Source: Candidatus Delongbacteria bacterium (GTDB lineage Bacteria > CAIWAD01). Taken from it: a stretch of 64,000 bases of DNA. Positions 27,692 to 38,971 of the stretch are shown here, piece by piece; position 1 is the stretch's first letter, and the number at the start of each line of letters is the position of its first letter. Location: NCBI GenBank assembly GCA_963663545.1, contig OY760505.1:3392001-3456000 (forward strand), written 5' to 3'. A model generated the notes under the pieces. The model had not been told where the DNA came from. It saw only the letters and a list, made by a program, of their open reading frames with translations, and ran no database searches. A program made the position numbers and the translations under genes.

Positions 27692-29169
27692 TTCGGCGCT
27701 TGGGACGATTTATCCAGGGGCTGGCGCTGGACGGTGTCAGCTCCACGGGCGTTGTACTGGTGCATGCCGCGCTGCTCAGTTTTCTCTTCTTCGAGTTGCT
27801 TTCCTTTGCTGGTGTGATACAAAACGCCTATGCAGGTCTTGTGGTCTATCTGGGATTTCCTGCGTTGTTCATCCTGGGGTTGCTGCTGATTCCAATTGGT
27901 TGGTGGCTGGCTGCGCGTCGACGCGGTATCCAGATCATGGATCTGCGGCTGGAGCGCTTCGATGAGATTGCCAGCGGTGTGAGCGAGACGGGATCACCGC
28001 TCTTTCGCACCATTGCCCTGCTGACCCTGGTCAATCTTGTAGTATTGACCTTTGCCGGCATGCGCATGTTGCATCACATGGATAGTGCACGCTTCTGCGG
28101 AACGGCGTGTCACAGCGTGATGAATCCGGAATGGACGGTTTATCAGGCTTCGCCCCACGCAAGGGTGGCCTGCGTCGAGTGTCACGTGGGCGAGGGAGTC
28201 GGCGCACTCATCGACAGCAAGATCAACGGTACATGGCAGATGATCTCGGCTACTTTTCACCTCTACGAGCGTCCGATTCCTACACCAGTACACAACCTGC
28301 GTCCCGCGCGAGAGACCTGCGAAAAGTGCCACTGGCCGGAGTTCTTCCTGGGCAAGCGCGTGGTCAACCGTGTGCATTTTGCCCAGGACTCTGCCAACAC
28401 GCCCTCCTACACTACGCTGCTGATGAAAGTAGGCAGCGGCCACAGCGGAGTCGCTGGCGGCGCACACTGGCATGTCGCACAGGAGAACAGCATTCGTTAT
28501 CGAGCGGACGCGGAGCGTGTCACGATCTACAGTCTGGATGTGATGCAAATGGACGGCAGCGTGAAGCACTTCCGCCTGGAGGGGGCCGCCGTCGATTCCG
28601 GCGAAGAGCCCCGCGAGATGGATTGTGTCGATTGCCACAACCGGGCCACACACATCTACGAACGTGCCGAAGCCGCGTTGGACGAGCGCATGCAGCGCGG
28701 GCTTGTGTCACGCGAGATTCCTGGCATCAAAGAGATCGCGTTGCAAAGCCTGCTGGGCAGCTATCCTGATGCAGCGCAGGCCGCGCAGGGCATCGAGCTG
28801 GGCATGCGCAATCGCATGGAGCGTTCCTGGCCGGCACAAGCTCGTGCGCATGGCGAAGAGCTGGAACAGGCCATCGGCACGGTGCAGGAGATCTGGACGC
28901 GCAACATTCATCCCGGAATGCGCATTGACTGGGGAGCCTATCCCAGCCATCTGGGGCATCGCGACGGCGTAGGCTGCTTCAGGTGTCACAATCCGCAGAT
29001 GAAGGACGAGCAAGGGGATGCCATTTCGATGGAGTGTACACTGTGCCACAGCTTGTTGGCCGTGGAGGCAGAAAGTCCGCTGGCCGTGCTACAGAATGCG
29101 GTTGACCATCCCGAAAGCGTGGAGCGCGAGGAACTGCGACGTGAGCTTCTGCAGACGCTGATGGAGTGA
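27688..29169 (+). CDS. Membrane-anchored multiheme cytochrome c, NapC/NirT-like (6 heme motifs)
   Basis: Three TM helices, then CGTACH, CVECH, CEKCH, CVDCH, CFRCH and CTLCH; SPHARV.C..CH; ATGA overlap with the HAO-like gene. Confidence 0.88.
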   Translation: MIRRLGRFIQGLALDGVSSTGVVLVHAALLSFLFFELLSFAGVIQNAYAGLVVYLGFPALFILGLLLIPIGWWLAARRRGIQIMDLRLERFDEIASGVSETGSPLFRTIALLTLVNLVVLTFAGMRMLHHMDSARFCGTACHSVMNPEWTVYQASPHARVACVECHVGEGVGALIDSKINGTWQMISATFHLYERPIPTPVHNLRPARETCEKCHWPEFFLGKRVVNRVHFAQDSANTPSYTTLLMKVGSGHSGVAGGAHWHVAQENSIRYRADAERVTIYSLDVMQMDGSVKHFRLEGAAVDSGEEPREMDCVDCHNRATHIYERAEAALDERMQRGLVSREIPGIKEIALQSLLGSYPDAAQAAQGIELGMRNRMERSWPAQARAHGEELEQAIGTVQEIWTRNIHPGMRIDWGAYPSHLGHRDGVGCFRCHNPQMKDEQGDAISMECTLCHSLLAVEAESPLAVLQNAVDHPESVEREELRRELLQTLME

Positions 29170-29237
29170 TACATTTTGCAAAAGGCGAGGCTTTGCTATT
29201 CTGGCACTAACCTATCCATGAACACGAGGTGACCCAC

Positions 29238-30308
29238 ATGAGCTACACAGGTGTCGTAACGGGAGAACGTCTGGACCGCTTGTATGCCCTGGCCAGGAAG
29301 AACCAGTTTGCCCTGCCCGGTGTGAACATCGTCGGAACCAATTCCCTCAACGCGGCTCTGGAGACCGCTGCGGCGGTGGCTTCCCCCATCATCATCCAGA
29401 CAAGTTCGTCGGGCGCCGTCTTCTACGGCGGCAAGGGCCTGGACAACAGCGGCCATCGCGCCGGTATCGCCGGTGCAGTTGCTGCGGCGCGTCACGTGCA
29501 CACCTTGGCCGAAGTCTACGGCGTACCTGTCATCATGCATTCGGATCACGCCGCGCACAAGCTGCTGGGCTGGGTCGACGGCATGCTGGAGGCTGGCGAG
29601 GCACATTACAAGCAGACCGGGCGTCCGTTGTTCAGCTCGCACATGCTCGACCTTTCGGAAATGCCGCTGAAGGAAAACATCGAGATCTGCAAGCGCTACT
29701 TGGAGCGCATGAGCGCCATAGACATGGGCCTGGAGATCGAACTGGGTGTCACCGGCGGAGAAGAGGATGGCGTGGACAACACCGGCGTGGACGCGTCGCG
29801 CCTGTACACGCAGCCTGAAGAAGTGGCCTACGCCTTCGAAGAGCTGAGCAAGATCAGTCCGCGCTTCACCATTGCGGCCTCTTTCGGCAACGTGCACGGC
29901 GTCTACAAGCCGGGCAATGTCAAGCTGACGCCCACCATTCTGCGCGATAGCCAGCTCTATATCGAGAAGCATCTGCAGACGGCGCCCCAGCCCTGCAACT
30001 TCGTCTTCCACGGCGGCAGTGGGTCCAGCGTCGATGAGATTCGCGAGGCCATCGGCTACGGTGTGATCAAGATGAACATCGACACGGATCAGCAGTTCGC
30101 CTTCACCGGCGGAGCGCGCGACTACGTGCTCAAGTACGCCGACTATCTGCGCACACAGGTGGGCAACCCCGAAGGCGCCGACCAGCCCAACAAGAAGTAT
30201 TACGACACCCGCGTTTGGTTGCGCAAGTGTGAGGAGTACTTCGTCGAGCGGCTGAAGAAGGCCTTTGAGGATCTGAACGCCGTGGGCCGCGCTACGTTGC
30301 TGGACTAG
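29238..30308 (+). CDS. fbaA: Class II fructose-bisphosphate aldolase
   Basis: HSDH, FSSHMLDLSE, GGEEDG, FGNVHGVYKPG, FHGGSG and PNKKYYD motifs. Confidence 0.97.
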   Translation: MSYTGVVTGERLDRLYALARKNQFALPGVNIVGTNSLNAALETAAAVASPIIIQTSSSGAVFYGGKGLDNSGHRAGIAGAVAAARHVHTLAEVYGVPVIMHSDHAAHKLLGWVDGMLEAGEAHYKQTGRPLFSSHMLDLSEMPLKENIEICKRYLERMSAIDMGLEIELGVTGGEEDGVDNTGVDASRLYTQPEEVAYAFEELSKISPRFTIAASFGNVHGVYKPGNVKLTPTILRDSQLYIEKHLQTAPQPCNFVFHGGSGSSVDEIREAIGYGVIKMNIDTDQQFAFTGGARDYVLKYADYLRTQVGNPEGADQPNKKYYDTRVWLRKCEEYFVERLKKAFEDLNAVGRATLLD

Positions 30309-30357
30309 TTGAAACGCCTGCTCACAACATGGTGTGACACAAGGTTGATTGTAACAC

Positions 30358-30387
30358 GGCGGCGCCTGCGGGTGCCGCCTTCTCTTT
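30358..30387 (+). terminator. Intrinsic terminator after fbaA
   Basis: GGCGGCGCC-TGCG-GGTGCCGCC followed by TTCTCTTT. Confidence 0.7.
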
Positions 30388-30396
30388 GGAGCCGAC

Positions 30397-30693
30397 ATGC
30401 ATTTGATCGCCGACCTCTGCGTAGTGCCCATGGGCCTGGGCCTGAGTTTGAGCCCCTATGTTGCCGAGTGCGAGCGTGTGTTACGCGCGCACGGCCTGGA
30501 GCCTTTCCTGCATCCCAACGGTAGCGGTGTCGAGGGTGAATGGGATCAGGTCATGAATGCGCTCAAGGCGTGTCACGAGCGTCTGCACGAGATGGGCGCG
30601 GTGCGCGTTCACACCACATGCCGCTTTGGTACGCGCACGGACCGCGAACAGCGGATGGCGGATAAGATGCAGAGCGTGGAAGAGAAAATCTGA
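30397..30693 (+). CDS. MTH1187/UPF0045 family thiamine-binding protein
   Basis: VVP.G...SLSPYVA, VEGEWD.V and GTRTD motifs. Confidence 0.9.
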   Translation: MHLIADLCVVPMGLGLSLSPYVAECERVLRAHGLEPFLHPNGSGVEGEWDQVMNALKACHERLHEMGAVRVHTTCRFGTRTDREQRMADKMQSVEEKI

Positions 30694-30730
30694 AGACGAT
30701 ATCGATTCCACCGCAGCACACCAAGGCCGA

Positions 30731-30843
30731 GACGGAGCCAAATGTACCCTATGGACGAAGGCGTGCCGTCGGCAGGTGTGGCAAGTGAAGCAAGCTTGTG
30801 CAGCATGACTTCGTCCAGGCGCTTCGAGCGAAGCTCGGAGCGC
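30731..30843. repeat. Second copy of the structured repeat seen at 8495-8607
   Basis: TGTACCCTATGGACGAAG...CTTCGTCCA stem followed by a hairpin with a GCGAAGC mini-loop. Confidence 0.6.
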
Positions 30844-30919
30844 ACCGATAGCGTTTTCGACTGCTGGTTTTCCGTGGGTGTTTGCAGAAAAAGTTGGGAA
30901 CCTTATCTTCTCAGTCCTG

Positions 30920-30946
30920 TTAGCACTCGCTCGAATGGAGTGCTAA
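30920..30946 (+). promoter_or_regulatory. CIRCE element (HrcA operator)
   Basis: Perfect TTAGCACTC-N9-GAGTGCTAA upstream of groES. Confidence 0.97.
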
Positions 30947-30992
30947 TCAACACCGATTTGAAATCAACCAATAAGATCTACAGGAGCTTATC

Positions 30993-31280
30993 ATGAAGCT
31001 TACCCCCATGGACGATCGCGTGATCGTGCAGCGCGTCGACGACGCTGAGCAGAAGAGTTCGGGCGGCATCATCATTCCCGACACCGCCAAGGAAAAGCCC
31101 CAGATCGGCGAAGTCGTGTCCGTCGGCCAGGACAAGCCCGAGGGTCGTACTCCTTTGCAGGAGCTTCTGAAGGAAGGCGACCGCGTGGTTTTCGCCAAGT
31201 ACGGCGCCACCGAGGTCAAGATTGACGGAACGGCCTACCTGATCCTGGGCCGCAGTGACATTCTGGCCATCGTCAAGTAA
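30993..31280 (+). CDS. groES: Co-chaperonin GroES
   Basis: [20 protein letters not shown] and KY..TEV motifs. Confidence 0.98.
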   Translation: MKLTPMDDRVIVQRVDDAEQKSSGGIIIPDTAKEKPQIGEVVSVGQDKPEGRTPLQELLKEGDRVVFAKYGATEVKIDGTAYLILGRSDILAIVK

Positions 31281-31302
31281 ACGGCCAACAAGGAGGTTCA
31301 AA

Positions 31303-32943
<1,641 letters not shown>

Positions 32944-32966
32944 TTCTTGCTGCATTCGCAAGCACC

Positions 32967-32991
32967 AGGGGGCCCGCGTGGCCCCCTTTTT
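32967..32991 (+). terminator. Intrinsic terminator of groESL
   Basis: AGGGGGCC-CGCGT-GGCCCCCT followed by TTTT. Confidence 0.8.
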
Positions 32992-33065
32992 GCTTCAGTT
33001 CCCGGGCGGCTTTACCGATACCTTCGTGGGAAGAAGACCGATGTCGATGGAGAAGATGCCCTGGA

Positions 33066-36000
33066 ATGAGAGCACTGCGATTACACCTCCTGCTATTGCT
33101 GCTTTGTCTGCTTGCACCACTTGTGCAGGGTTCCAGTCGCATTCTGGTTATTCAATCCTATAGCGCTGGCTTCTCGCGCTCAGCCATGTTTGAGGGCGCG
33201 CTGGGGCGTTCGATCGAGAGCCTGCAACGCGGCGACCTGCAAATGGACGTCGAGTATCTGGACGCGCAGCGCCATCCTGAAGATGAATACCTGGATCTGT
33301 TGGGCAGCACGATTGTGGCCAAGCACAACGGATTGGACGATTTCGACCTGCTGCTGGTGGTGGACGATCCCGCCATGGATTTTGTCGTACACCACTTTCC
33401 GCGACCAGATCATGAGTATCCGGTAATCGCCGTCGGAGTGTCAGCCGCACAGCGTGCCGAGTTCCCCGATCCGGCGCGCCTGGCCTGGGTAGAGGAGAAT
33501 CCACCCGTCAAGGAGACCGTGGATGCAGCCATGCATCTGCTGCCACACACCGAAAAAGTCTATGTTCTTTGTGATACAAGTTCCGTTGGTGGTCGCGCGC
33601 TCTATGGCACATTTGTAGCCGGTACCCGCGAACTCGCGGAGCGGCTGCCTGTGGTTTTCATGCAGGATTGCAGTTCGCTGATGAAGGTGCAGGAAAAGCG
33701 TGCCTGGGTTCTTTTTGGCTGGTGCAGCCACGATGAGCAGGGGCGTTTGAGTTGCAGCGAGACCGTGTTGCATCGCTTGCGTGATACAACAGCAATGCCG
33801 CTGTTTTCGCCTTTTCCGCACTACATGGGGCATGGCATTGTGGGCGGTGTCACCACCGACATGAACGCATTGGCCACTGCAACATTGGTGCAGATCGAGC
33901 GTTGCCTGGCAGGCGAATCACCCCGTGACCTGCAACCCATTGTCGTGAATTCGCAGCGCGCGGTCTTTGACTATCCTCAGTTGCGCGAAGAGGGCCTGGA
34001 AGAGAAGCTCTTGCCCGCTGGCAGCATTCTGATGAATCAACCCGTCGGCATGCTTAGGCGCTATCGGCAGTGGGCCTGGTGGGGGACGCTGATCATTTTG
34101 CTGCAGGGCGTGATCATTGCTGCGCAGGTGACCGTCAAACGTGTGCGACGGGAAACTCAGCAAGAGCTCCAGCAGAGCGAGCAGGTGCTGCGCGAGGTCA
34201 TCGATCTTGTGCCGCACGTAATTCTGGCCACCAATGCCGGAGGGTGTATCCTGCTGGCCAACAAAGCGGCTGCACGCCTTTTTGGAGTGGAACCCGCCGA
34301 GTTGGTAGGGCGCACGCGCGAAGAGGTGTTCCCTTCGGTCGAGGAGGCTGAGCGTTCCAGCGAGGAGGACGCTGATGTGCTCACCAACAACATCGAGCGC
34401 TTTATTCAGCAGGATAACTTCACGGACGTTCACGGCAAGAATCACATCTATTCAACGGTCAAGGTGCCCTTTCGTCATTATCGCGAAGAGGCCGTGCTGG
34501 TTTGCGCCACCGAGATCACGCTGCAGATGCGGGCCGAAATGGAATTGCGCAATCAGAAGCAGTTCTTCGAGACGGTCATTGAGAACATGCCGCTGGCCTT
34601 TGCAGCTCGCAGTCTCGATGAAGCGGACGAGGGGCGCTATGTGCTCTTCAACGCCGCTGCCGAGAACATTTATCATGTATCACGCGCAGAGATTATTGGA
34701 CGCACTGCAGCGGAAGTCTTTGGTGAACAGGCTCAGGAAATCCTTGCGATGGATCACGCAGCTGTGCAGTCGGGCCAGCTCTACGAGCATCAGGATTTCG
34801 CTCTGCAACACCGCGACGGCGGCAGCCTGCTGCATGTTTACAAGTTACCCGTCACCGACAGCGAGGGCGTTCCCAAGCTGCTGCTGACGCTGACAGAGGA
34901 CATTACCGCCACCCGGCAATTGGAAAACCAGCTGCACCAGTCGCAGAAGATGGAAGCCGTTGGCCAGTTGGCGGGTGGAGTCGCCCACGATTTCAACAAT
35001 CTGCTGCAAGTGATACAAGGCTATGGTGAACTGTTGCGACTGCAACTTGCCGGCGAGCAGTTGGAAAATCTCCAGCTTGTGCTGGAAGCCGCTGGCCGTG
35101 CGCGTAGCCTGGTACGACAGCTGCTTTCCTTCAGCCGTCGCGAAGAAATGCGCACCGAGCGCGTCGAACTGGGCGAAGTGGTGCAAGGCATCATGAAGAT
35201 GCTGAAACGTGTGATTGGCGAGGATCTGCAACTGCATTTCAGTTCCAGCATGGATGATCTTCCCATCGAAGCGGACGCAAGCCAGATTGAGCAGATCTTG
35301 ATGAATCTGTGCGTAAATGCTCGCGACGCCATGCCCGATGGCGGACGCATTTCCATTGAGACGGGCCGCGTCATGTTGGAGCCAGGCGACGAAGAGCTTG
35401 GCGAGTTGGAACCCGGCTCCTACGCGCAACTAACCATCTCGGATACGGGCTGCGGCATTCCAGAGGAGATTCGCGAGCGTATCTTCGAGCCCTATTTTAC
35501 TACGAAAGCAGTGGGCAAAGGCACGGGACTGGGGCTGGCAACGGTCTATGCCATTGTGCGACGACACCACGGCGACATTTATTTGAGCAGCGAAACGGGC
35601 ATTGGCACAACCTTCCGCATTTTCTTCCCGCTCCTTGACGAGAAGCAATCCGTGGGTGACGAAGGGCAGCTTGAAGGCGTTGGTTTGTATCACGGGCGCG
35701 AGACGATTCTGCTGGCGGAAGATGAAGAGCTGGTGCGTAAGCTGACCTGTGATATCCTGGAGCGTGCTGGATACAACGTCCTAACTGCTTCGGACGGTGA
35801 GGAAGCAGTAGAGTTGTTCCGTCGTAACCGGGGCCAGGTGGACCTGCTCCTGCTGGATGTGATCATGCCCGGTATACACGGCACTTCGGCTGCTATGCAG
35901 ATTCGCAAGATGTCGCCAGCGATTCCGCTGGTCTTTCTCACGGGCTACACCGATGACCTACTGCGCTCGGACAAGCTCTTTCAGCTGGGTGGCCGTCTGC

Positions 36001-36086
36001 TCAATAAACCTTGTGAAGCACAGGTGTTGCTGCGCACCCTGCGCGAGGAGTTGGACAAGGTCAAAGACCATAGCCTCCCTATCTAA
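33066..36086 (+). CDS. Hybrid sensor histidine kinase (periplasmic substrate-binding-like sensor, TM, 2 PAS, HisKA, HATPase, REC)
   Basis: QKMEAVGQLAGGVAHDFNN, NARDAM, GKGTGLGL and receiver EDE..DVIMP..KP motifs. Confidence 0.93.
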   Translation: MRALRLHLLLLLLCLLAPLVQGSSRILVIQSYSAGFSRSAMFEGALGRSIESLQRGDLQMDVEYLDAQRHPEDEYLDLLGSTIVAKHNGLDDFDLLLVVDDPAMDFVVHHFPRPDHEYPVIAVGVSAAQRAEFPDPARLAWVEENPPVKETVDAAMHLLPHTEKVYVLCDTSSVGGRALYGTFVAGTRELAERLPVVFMQDCSSLMKVQEKRAWVLFGWCSHDEQGRLSCSETVLHRLRDTTAMPLFSPFPHYMGHGIVGGVTTDMNALATATLVQIERCLAGESPRDLQPIVVNSQRAVFDYPQLREEGLEEKLLPAGSILMNQPVGMLRRYRQWAWWGTLIILLQGVIIAAQVTVKRVRRETQQELQQSEQVLREVIDLVPHVILATNAGGCILLANKAAARLFGVEPAELVGRTREEVFPSVEEAERSSEEDADVLTNNIERFIQQDNFTDVHGKNHIYSTVKVPFRHYREEAVLVCATEITLQMRAEMELRNQKQFFETVIENMPLAFAARSLDEADEGRYVLFNAAAENIYHVSRAEIIGRTAAEVFGEQAQEILAMDHAAVQSGQLYEHQDFALQHRDGGSLLHVYKLPVTDSEGVPKLLLTLTEDITATRQLENQLHQSQKMEAVGQLAGGVAHDFNNLLQVIQGYGELLRLQLAGEQLENLQLVLEAAGRARSLVRQLLSFSRREEMRTERVELGEVVQGIMKMLKRVIGEDLQLHFSSSMDDLPIEADASQIEQILMNLCVNARDAMPDGGRISIETGRVMLEPGDEELGELEPGSYAQLTISDTGCGIPEEIRERIFEPYFTTKAVGKGTGLGLATVYAIVRRHHGDIYLSSETGIGTTFRIFFPLLDEKQSVGDEGQLEGVGLYHGRETILLAEDEELVRKLTCDILERAGYNVLTASDGEEAVELFRRNRGQVDLLLLDVIMPGIHGTSAAMQIRKMSPAIPLVFLTGYTDDLLRSDKLFQLGGRLLNKPCEAQVLLRTLREELDKVKDHSLPI

Positions 36087-36114
36087 CGGCGTGTGATACA
36101 CACCGCGACAGCCT

Positions 36115-37563
36115 TTAGTTTTCCGATACTTGCAGTTCTGCTTCGCGGTCGCTTTCTAATGTACGCAGGCGGGTGTACTCGCGTGTGATGAAAAAGGCGG
36201 CAATCAGGAAGGCCGTGATATCAGAACTCGCGCCCGCGTAGAAGATGCCTTCCAAGCCCAGCCACAGGGGCAGCAGATACAGCAGCGGAATCAGAATCAG
36301 CACCTGGCGCAGCATGTTGAGCATCAGCGAAAGTCTGGGCTGGTTGACGGCCTGGAAATAGCTGGAGCTGATGGCGATGAAGCCGATGAAGGGCATGCCC
36401 AGCATGAAGCGTCGTGCAGCGTAGCAGCCCAGGCGCACGAACTCGGGGTTGTTCTCCGAGAAGAGATGGAAGAGCATGGCCGGGAATCCCAGCACCGCTA
36501 CCGCCCCCAGGATCGAAAGCAGGCTGGCCAGAAGCAGGCTGTAACTCAGGGTTTCGCGCACGCGATGCGGATTACCTGCGCCGTGATTGAAGCCGTAGAT
36601 GGGCTGAGCGCCCTGTGTCAAGCCCACAATGGGCATCAGGAAGAGCATGTTGATCGAGAAGAGCACGCCCATCGCCGAGACTGCCAGCTCGTCGCCGTAG
36701 TGCAATAGCTGGTGATTCAGCAGCGTCATCACGGCGCTGCCCGCGATGTGCATGGCAAAGATGGGGCTGCCCAGTGCGAACACGCGCTTCAGTCGTTGTG
36801 GCCAGATGCGCAGGTAGGCCAAGTGAATTTTCAGTGAACTGCGCTTGCTCAGAAAGTAGCCGATGACCCAGATGCTTGAGACCAGCAGCGCCAGGTTCGT
36901 CGCCCAAGCGGCACCCGCCATGCCCCAGCCGAAGCGTATCACGAAAAGGTAATCCAGACCGATGTTCAGCAGGGCACCGATGAGCGTGGTGAACATGGCT
37001 GTGCGGGGGCTGCCCTCGCTGCGGATAAAGTTGTTGACACCATAACTGACGGACATCAGAATGGAGCCCAGCAGAATGATGCGAATGTACTGAGCCGCGT
37101 AGGGCAGAATGCTCTCTGTCGCGCCGAAGAGCGTCATCAGCGGACCGGCGAAGAGCAGGCCGAGGGCGGCAAAAAGCGACGATTGCAGCACGAAGACCAG
37201 AAGGCTTTGACCGAAGAGTCGTTCCGCCTCTTCGTGATTTCCTTCGCCCAAACGAATGGAAATCAGCGCGCTGGTGCCCATGGCGGTTAGCGTACCGCAG
37301 GCCATGGTAATCATCATCACCGGGAAAGCGATGGTTGTGGCTGCAAGCCCCAGGCTGCCGACGGCGCGTCCTACAAAGACGCGGTCGATGACGTTATGCA
37401 TGCTGGAGACAAGGGTTGCGACCATGGCGGGAGTAGCAAATCGCAAGAGTAGAGGCAGAATACTGTCGTTGGCCAGCCGGTGGCTTCGTTCGCCTTGCAT
37501 AGAATTCCTGTTCACGTTAAAACGCCCCCGGCGCTTGGGCACAGAGGGCGTCTGAGCTGTCAA
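36115..37563 (-). CDS. MATE family efflux transporter (MepA-like)
   Basis: NVIDRVFVG, R.EG.P..AM, N..LD.LF..F.WG..GAA.AT and QP..GFN.GA motifs; about 12 TM; start uncertain. Confidence 0.92.
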   Translation of the reverse strand: MTAQTPSVPKRRGRFNVNRNSMQGERSHRLANDSILPLLLRFATPAMVATLVSSMHNVIDRVFVGRAVGSLGLAATTIAFPVMMITMACGTLTAMGTSALISIRLGEGNHEEAERLFGQSLLVFVLQSSLFAALGLLFAGPLMTLFGATESILPYAAQYIRIILLGSILMSVSYGVNNFIRSEGSPRTAMFTTLIGALLNIGLDYLFVIRFGWGMAGAAWATNLALLVSSIWVIGYFLSKRSSLKIHLAYLRIWPQRLKRVFALGSPIFAMHIAGSAVMTLLNHQLLHYGDELAVSAMGVLFSINMLFLMPIVGLTQGAQPIYGFNHGAGNPHRVRETLSYSLLLASLLSILGAVAVLGFPAMLFHLFSENNPEFVRLGCYAARRFMLGMPFIGFIAISSSYFQAVNQPRLSLMLNMLRQVLILIPLLYLLPLWLGLEGIFYAGASSDITAFLIAAFFITREYTRLRTLESDREAELQVSEN

Positions 37564-37577
37564 TTCAACGGGACGAA

Positions 37578-38216
37578 TCAGAGATCGTCGCCCATTCCTT
37601 CCAGAAAGCCCTCGCGAGCCTTTGTGTAGTTGCTGAAGCGGTACTCCAGAATGATCGTGCTGCTTGGGCCATTCACTCCGCCGCTCGTTGACTCGAGGCG
37701 CAATATGATACGATCAATGTCTGCAGAGAGCTTGTTGTCTTCCTCATGGGTCCAGACTGCGAAATAGTCCGCTTCATTTGCCAGTCGCATGATTTCGCGC
37801 GGAACATCCTCCGGCGCGTGCTCCTGCATTCTGCCTTTTTTTCCGTGGTAGTAGAAGCCCTTCTGCCAGCCCAGCCGGCGGATCTCTGCGGCACTGGCTT
37901 CCAGCGGCTCGCCGTACTTGAGCGTCAGCGCATCACGCAGCAGGGCAAAATCGCCGTTGGTGATAGGGTTAGTACTCTCCGTGCTGCCGAAGGCGCGCAG
38001 GCCAAACACGCCCTCTCCCTCGCTACAATAGACAACGCATCTGTCAAAATTGGGCAGTGGTGAAATGGGATCTACGACATAGCTGAAGTCATTCAGCGCA
38101 TCAATCACGCTTAACTCATCGCAGGACATTCCCTTTTCAAAGCCAAAAGGACCCGCCAATACGGTCAGTGGCAAACTCAGGCTTAGCACCGCCTTCCACA
38201 ACAAAGACCTCTCCAT
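37578..38216 (-). CDS. Hypothetical exported protein
   Basis: Signal peptide followed by GPFGFEKGM; RBS AAGGGG. Confidence 0.7.
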   Translation of the reverse strand: MERSLLWKAVLSLSLPLTVLAGPFGFEKGMSCDELSVIDALNDFSYVVDPISPLPNFDRCVVYCSEGEGVFGLRAFGSTESTNPITNGDFALLRDALTLKYGEPLEASAAEIRRLGWQKGFYYHGKKGRMQEHAPEDVPREIMRLANEADYFAVWTHEEDNKLSADIDRIILRLESTSGGVNGPSSTIILEYRFSNYTKAREGFLEGMGDDL

Positions 38217-38242
38217 GTGTTGCCCCTTCCTTTGGTGCTGCT

Positions 38243-38644
38243 TCAGTTTTCTTTCTGGTAATAGCCGCGCTGGAGCACCCAGGCTTCGGCATCCTGCAAC
38301 GAGAAAAACTGGGCGACACGAAAATCCTTGCTCCTTGTGGCCAGGGCAGACATGTACCCCATTGTGTTTTCGAACTGGTCGTCTGTTGCCACGACAAAGG
38401 CGATCACTCTGCCGCGACCGTCCATTTGCAGCTCTTCGCGCGCACGTACCAGGGCCATCTCATCTTGGTGACTAACCAGGTTTTCGCGCACTTCGCGCAA
38501 GTCAACTACTTCCGGCAAAGGATGTCCGCAGGCAAGTTCCCGGCGCCGGATATCGTTAAGCACTTCCAGAATCTCTTCGCGATCAAGCTTCTCTGCGTAG
38601 CTGATCTGCAAATGACTGATGTGTTGAATGATTTTGCTTCTCAT
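38243..38644 (-). CDS. Hypothetical protein (possibly SpoIIAA/STAS-like)
   Basis: VVDLRE, IAFVV and F.SL.DA.AW pattern; RBS AGGTG. Confidence 0.55.
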   Translation of the reverse strand: MRSKIIQHISHLQISYAEKLDREEILEVLNDIRRRELACGHPLPEVVDLREVRENLVSHQDEMALVRAREELQMDGRGRVIAFVVATDDQFENTMGYMSALATRSKDFRVAQFFSLQDAEAWVLQRGYYQKEN

Positions 38645-38755
38645 ACGCACCTTTTAGAACGAAGCTACAAGATAGGAAGCAAAAGGCTTGGATGCAGGCT
38701 TGCGGGAAGGACAAGAAGGGCGTGGAGTAGAAAGGGCCCCGCAGGGCCCTGTAGC

Positions 38756-38971
38756 TTACGCTTTCGGCTTACGCGGTCCGCGACGGCGCTTCGGAATCAG
38801 GCGACGGAGCCCGGCGGCCTTAAGCTGATCTTCAGCTTCAATGCCCGCACGGCACTTTTCAACCAGATCCTGCGTGCAAATGACCAGAACATTCTGACCG
38901 CTTGCATTGGCAGCTTTCTGCATTACGTCGACCAATTCAGGGCGGGGGACAGTTACGATTTCGCGTTCCAT
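38756..38971 (-). CDS. Small hypothetical protein with a basic tail
   Basis: RBS AGGAG before ATG 38971; followed by the hairpin AGGGCCC-N4-GGGCCCT at 38733-38750. Confidence 0.55.
   Translation of the reverse strand: MEREIVTVPRPELVDVMQKAANASGQNVLVICTQDLVEKCRAGIEAEDQLKAAGLRRLIPKRRRGPRKPKA

Noticed and set aside
32995..33021. Possible sigma28 promoter TCAG-N15-ACCGATAC before the hybrid kinase
   Set aside because: Four mismatches to the consensus; too weak without TSS data.
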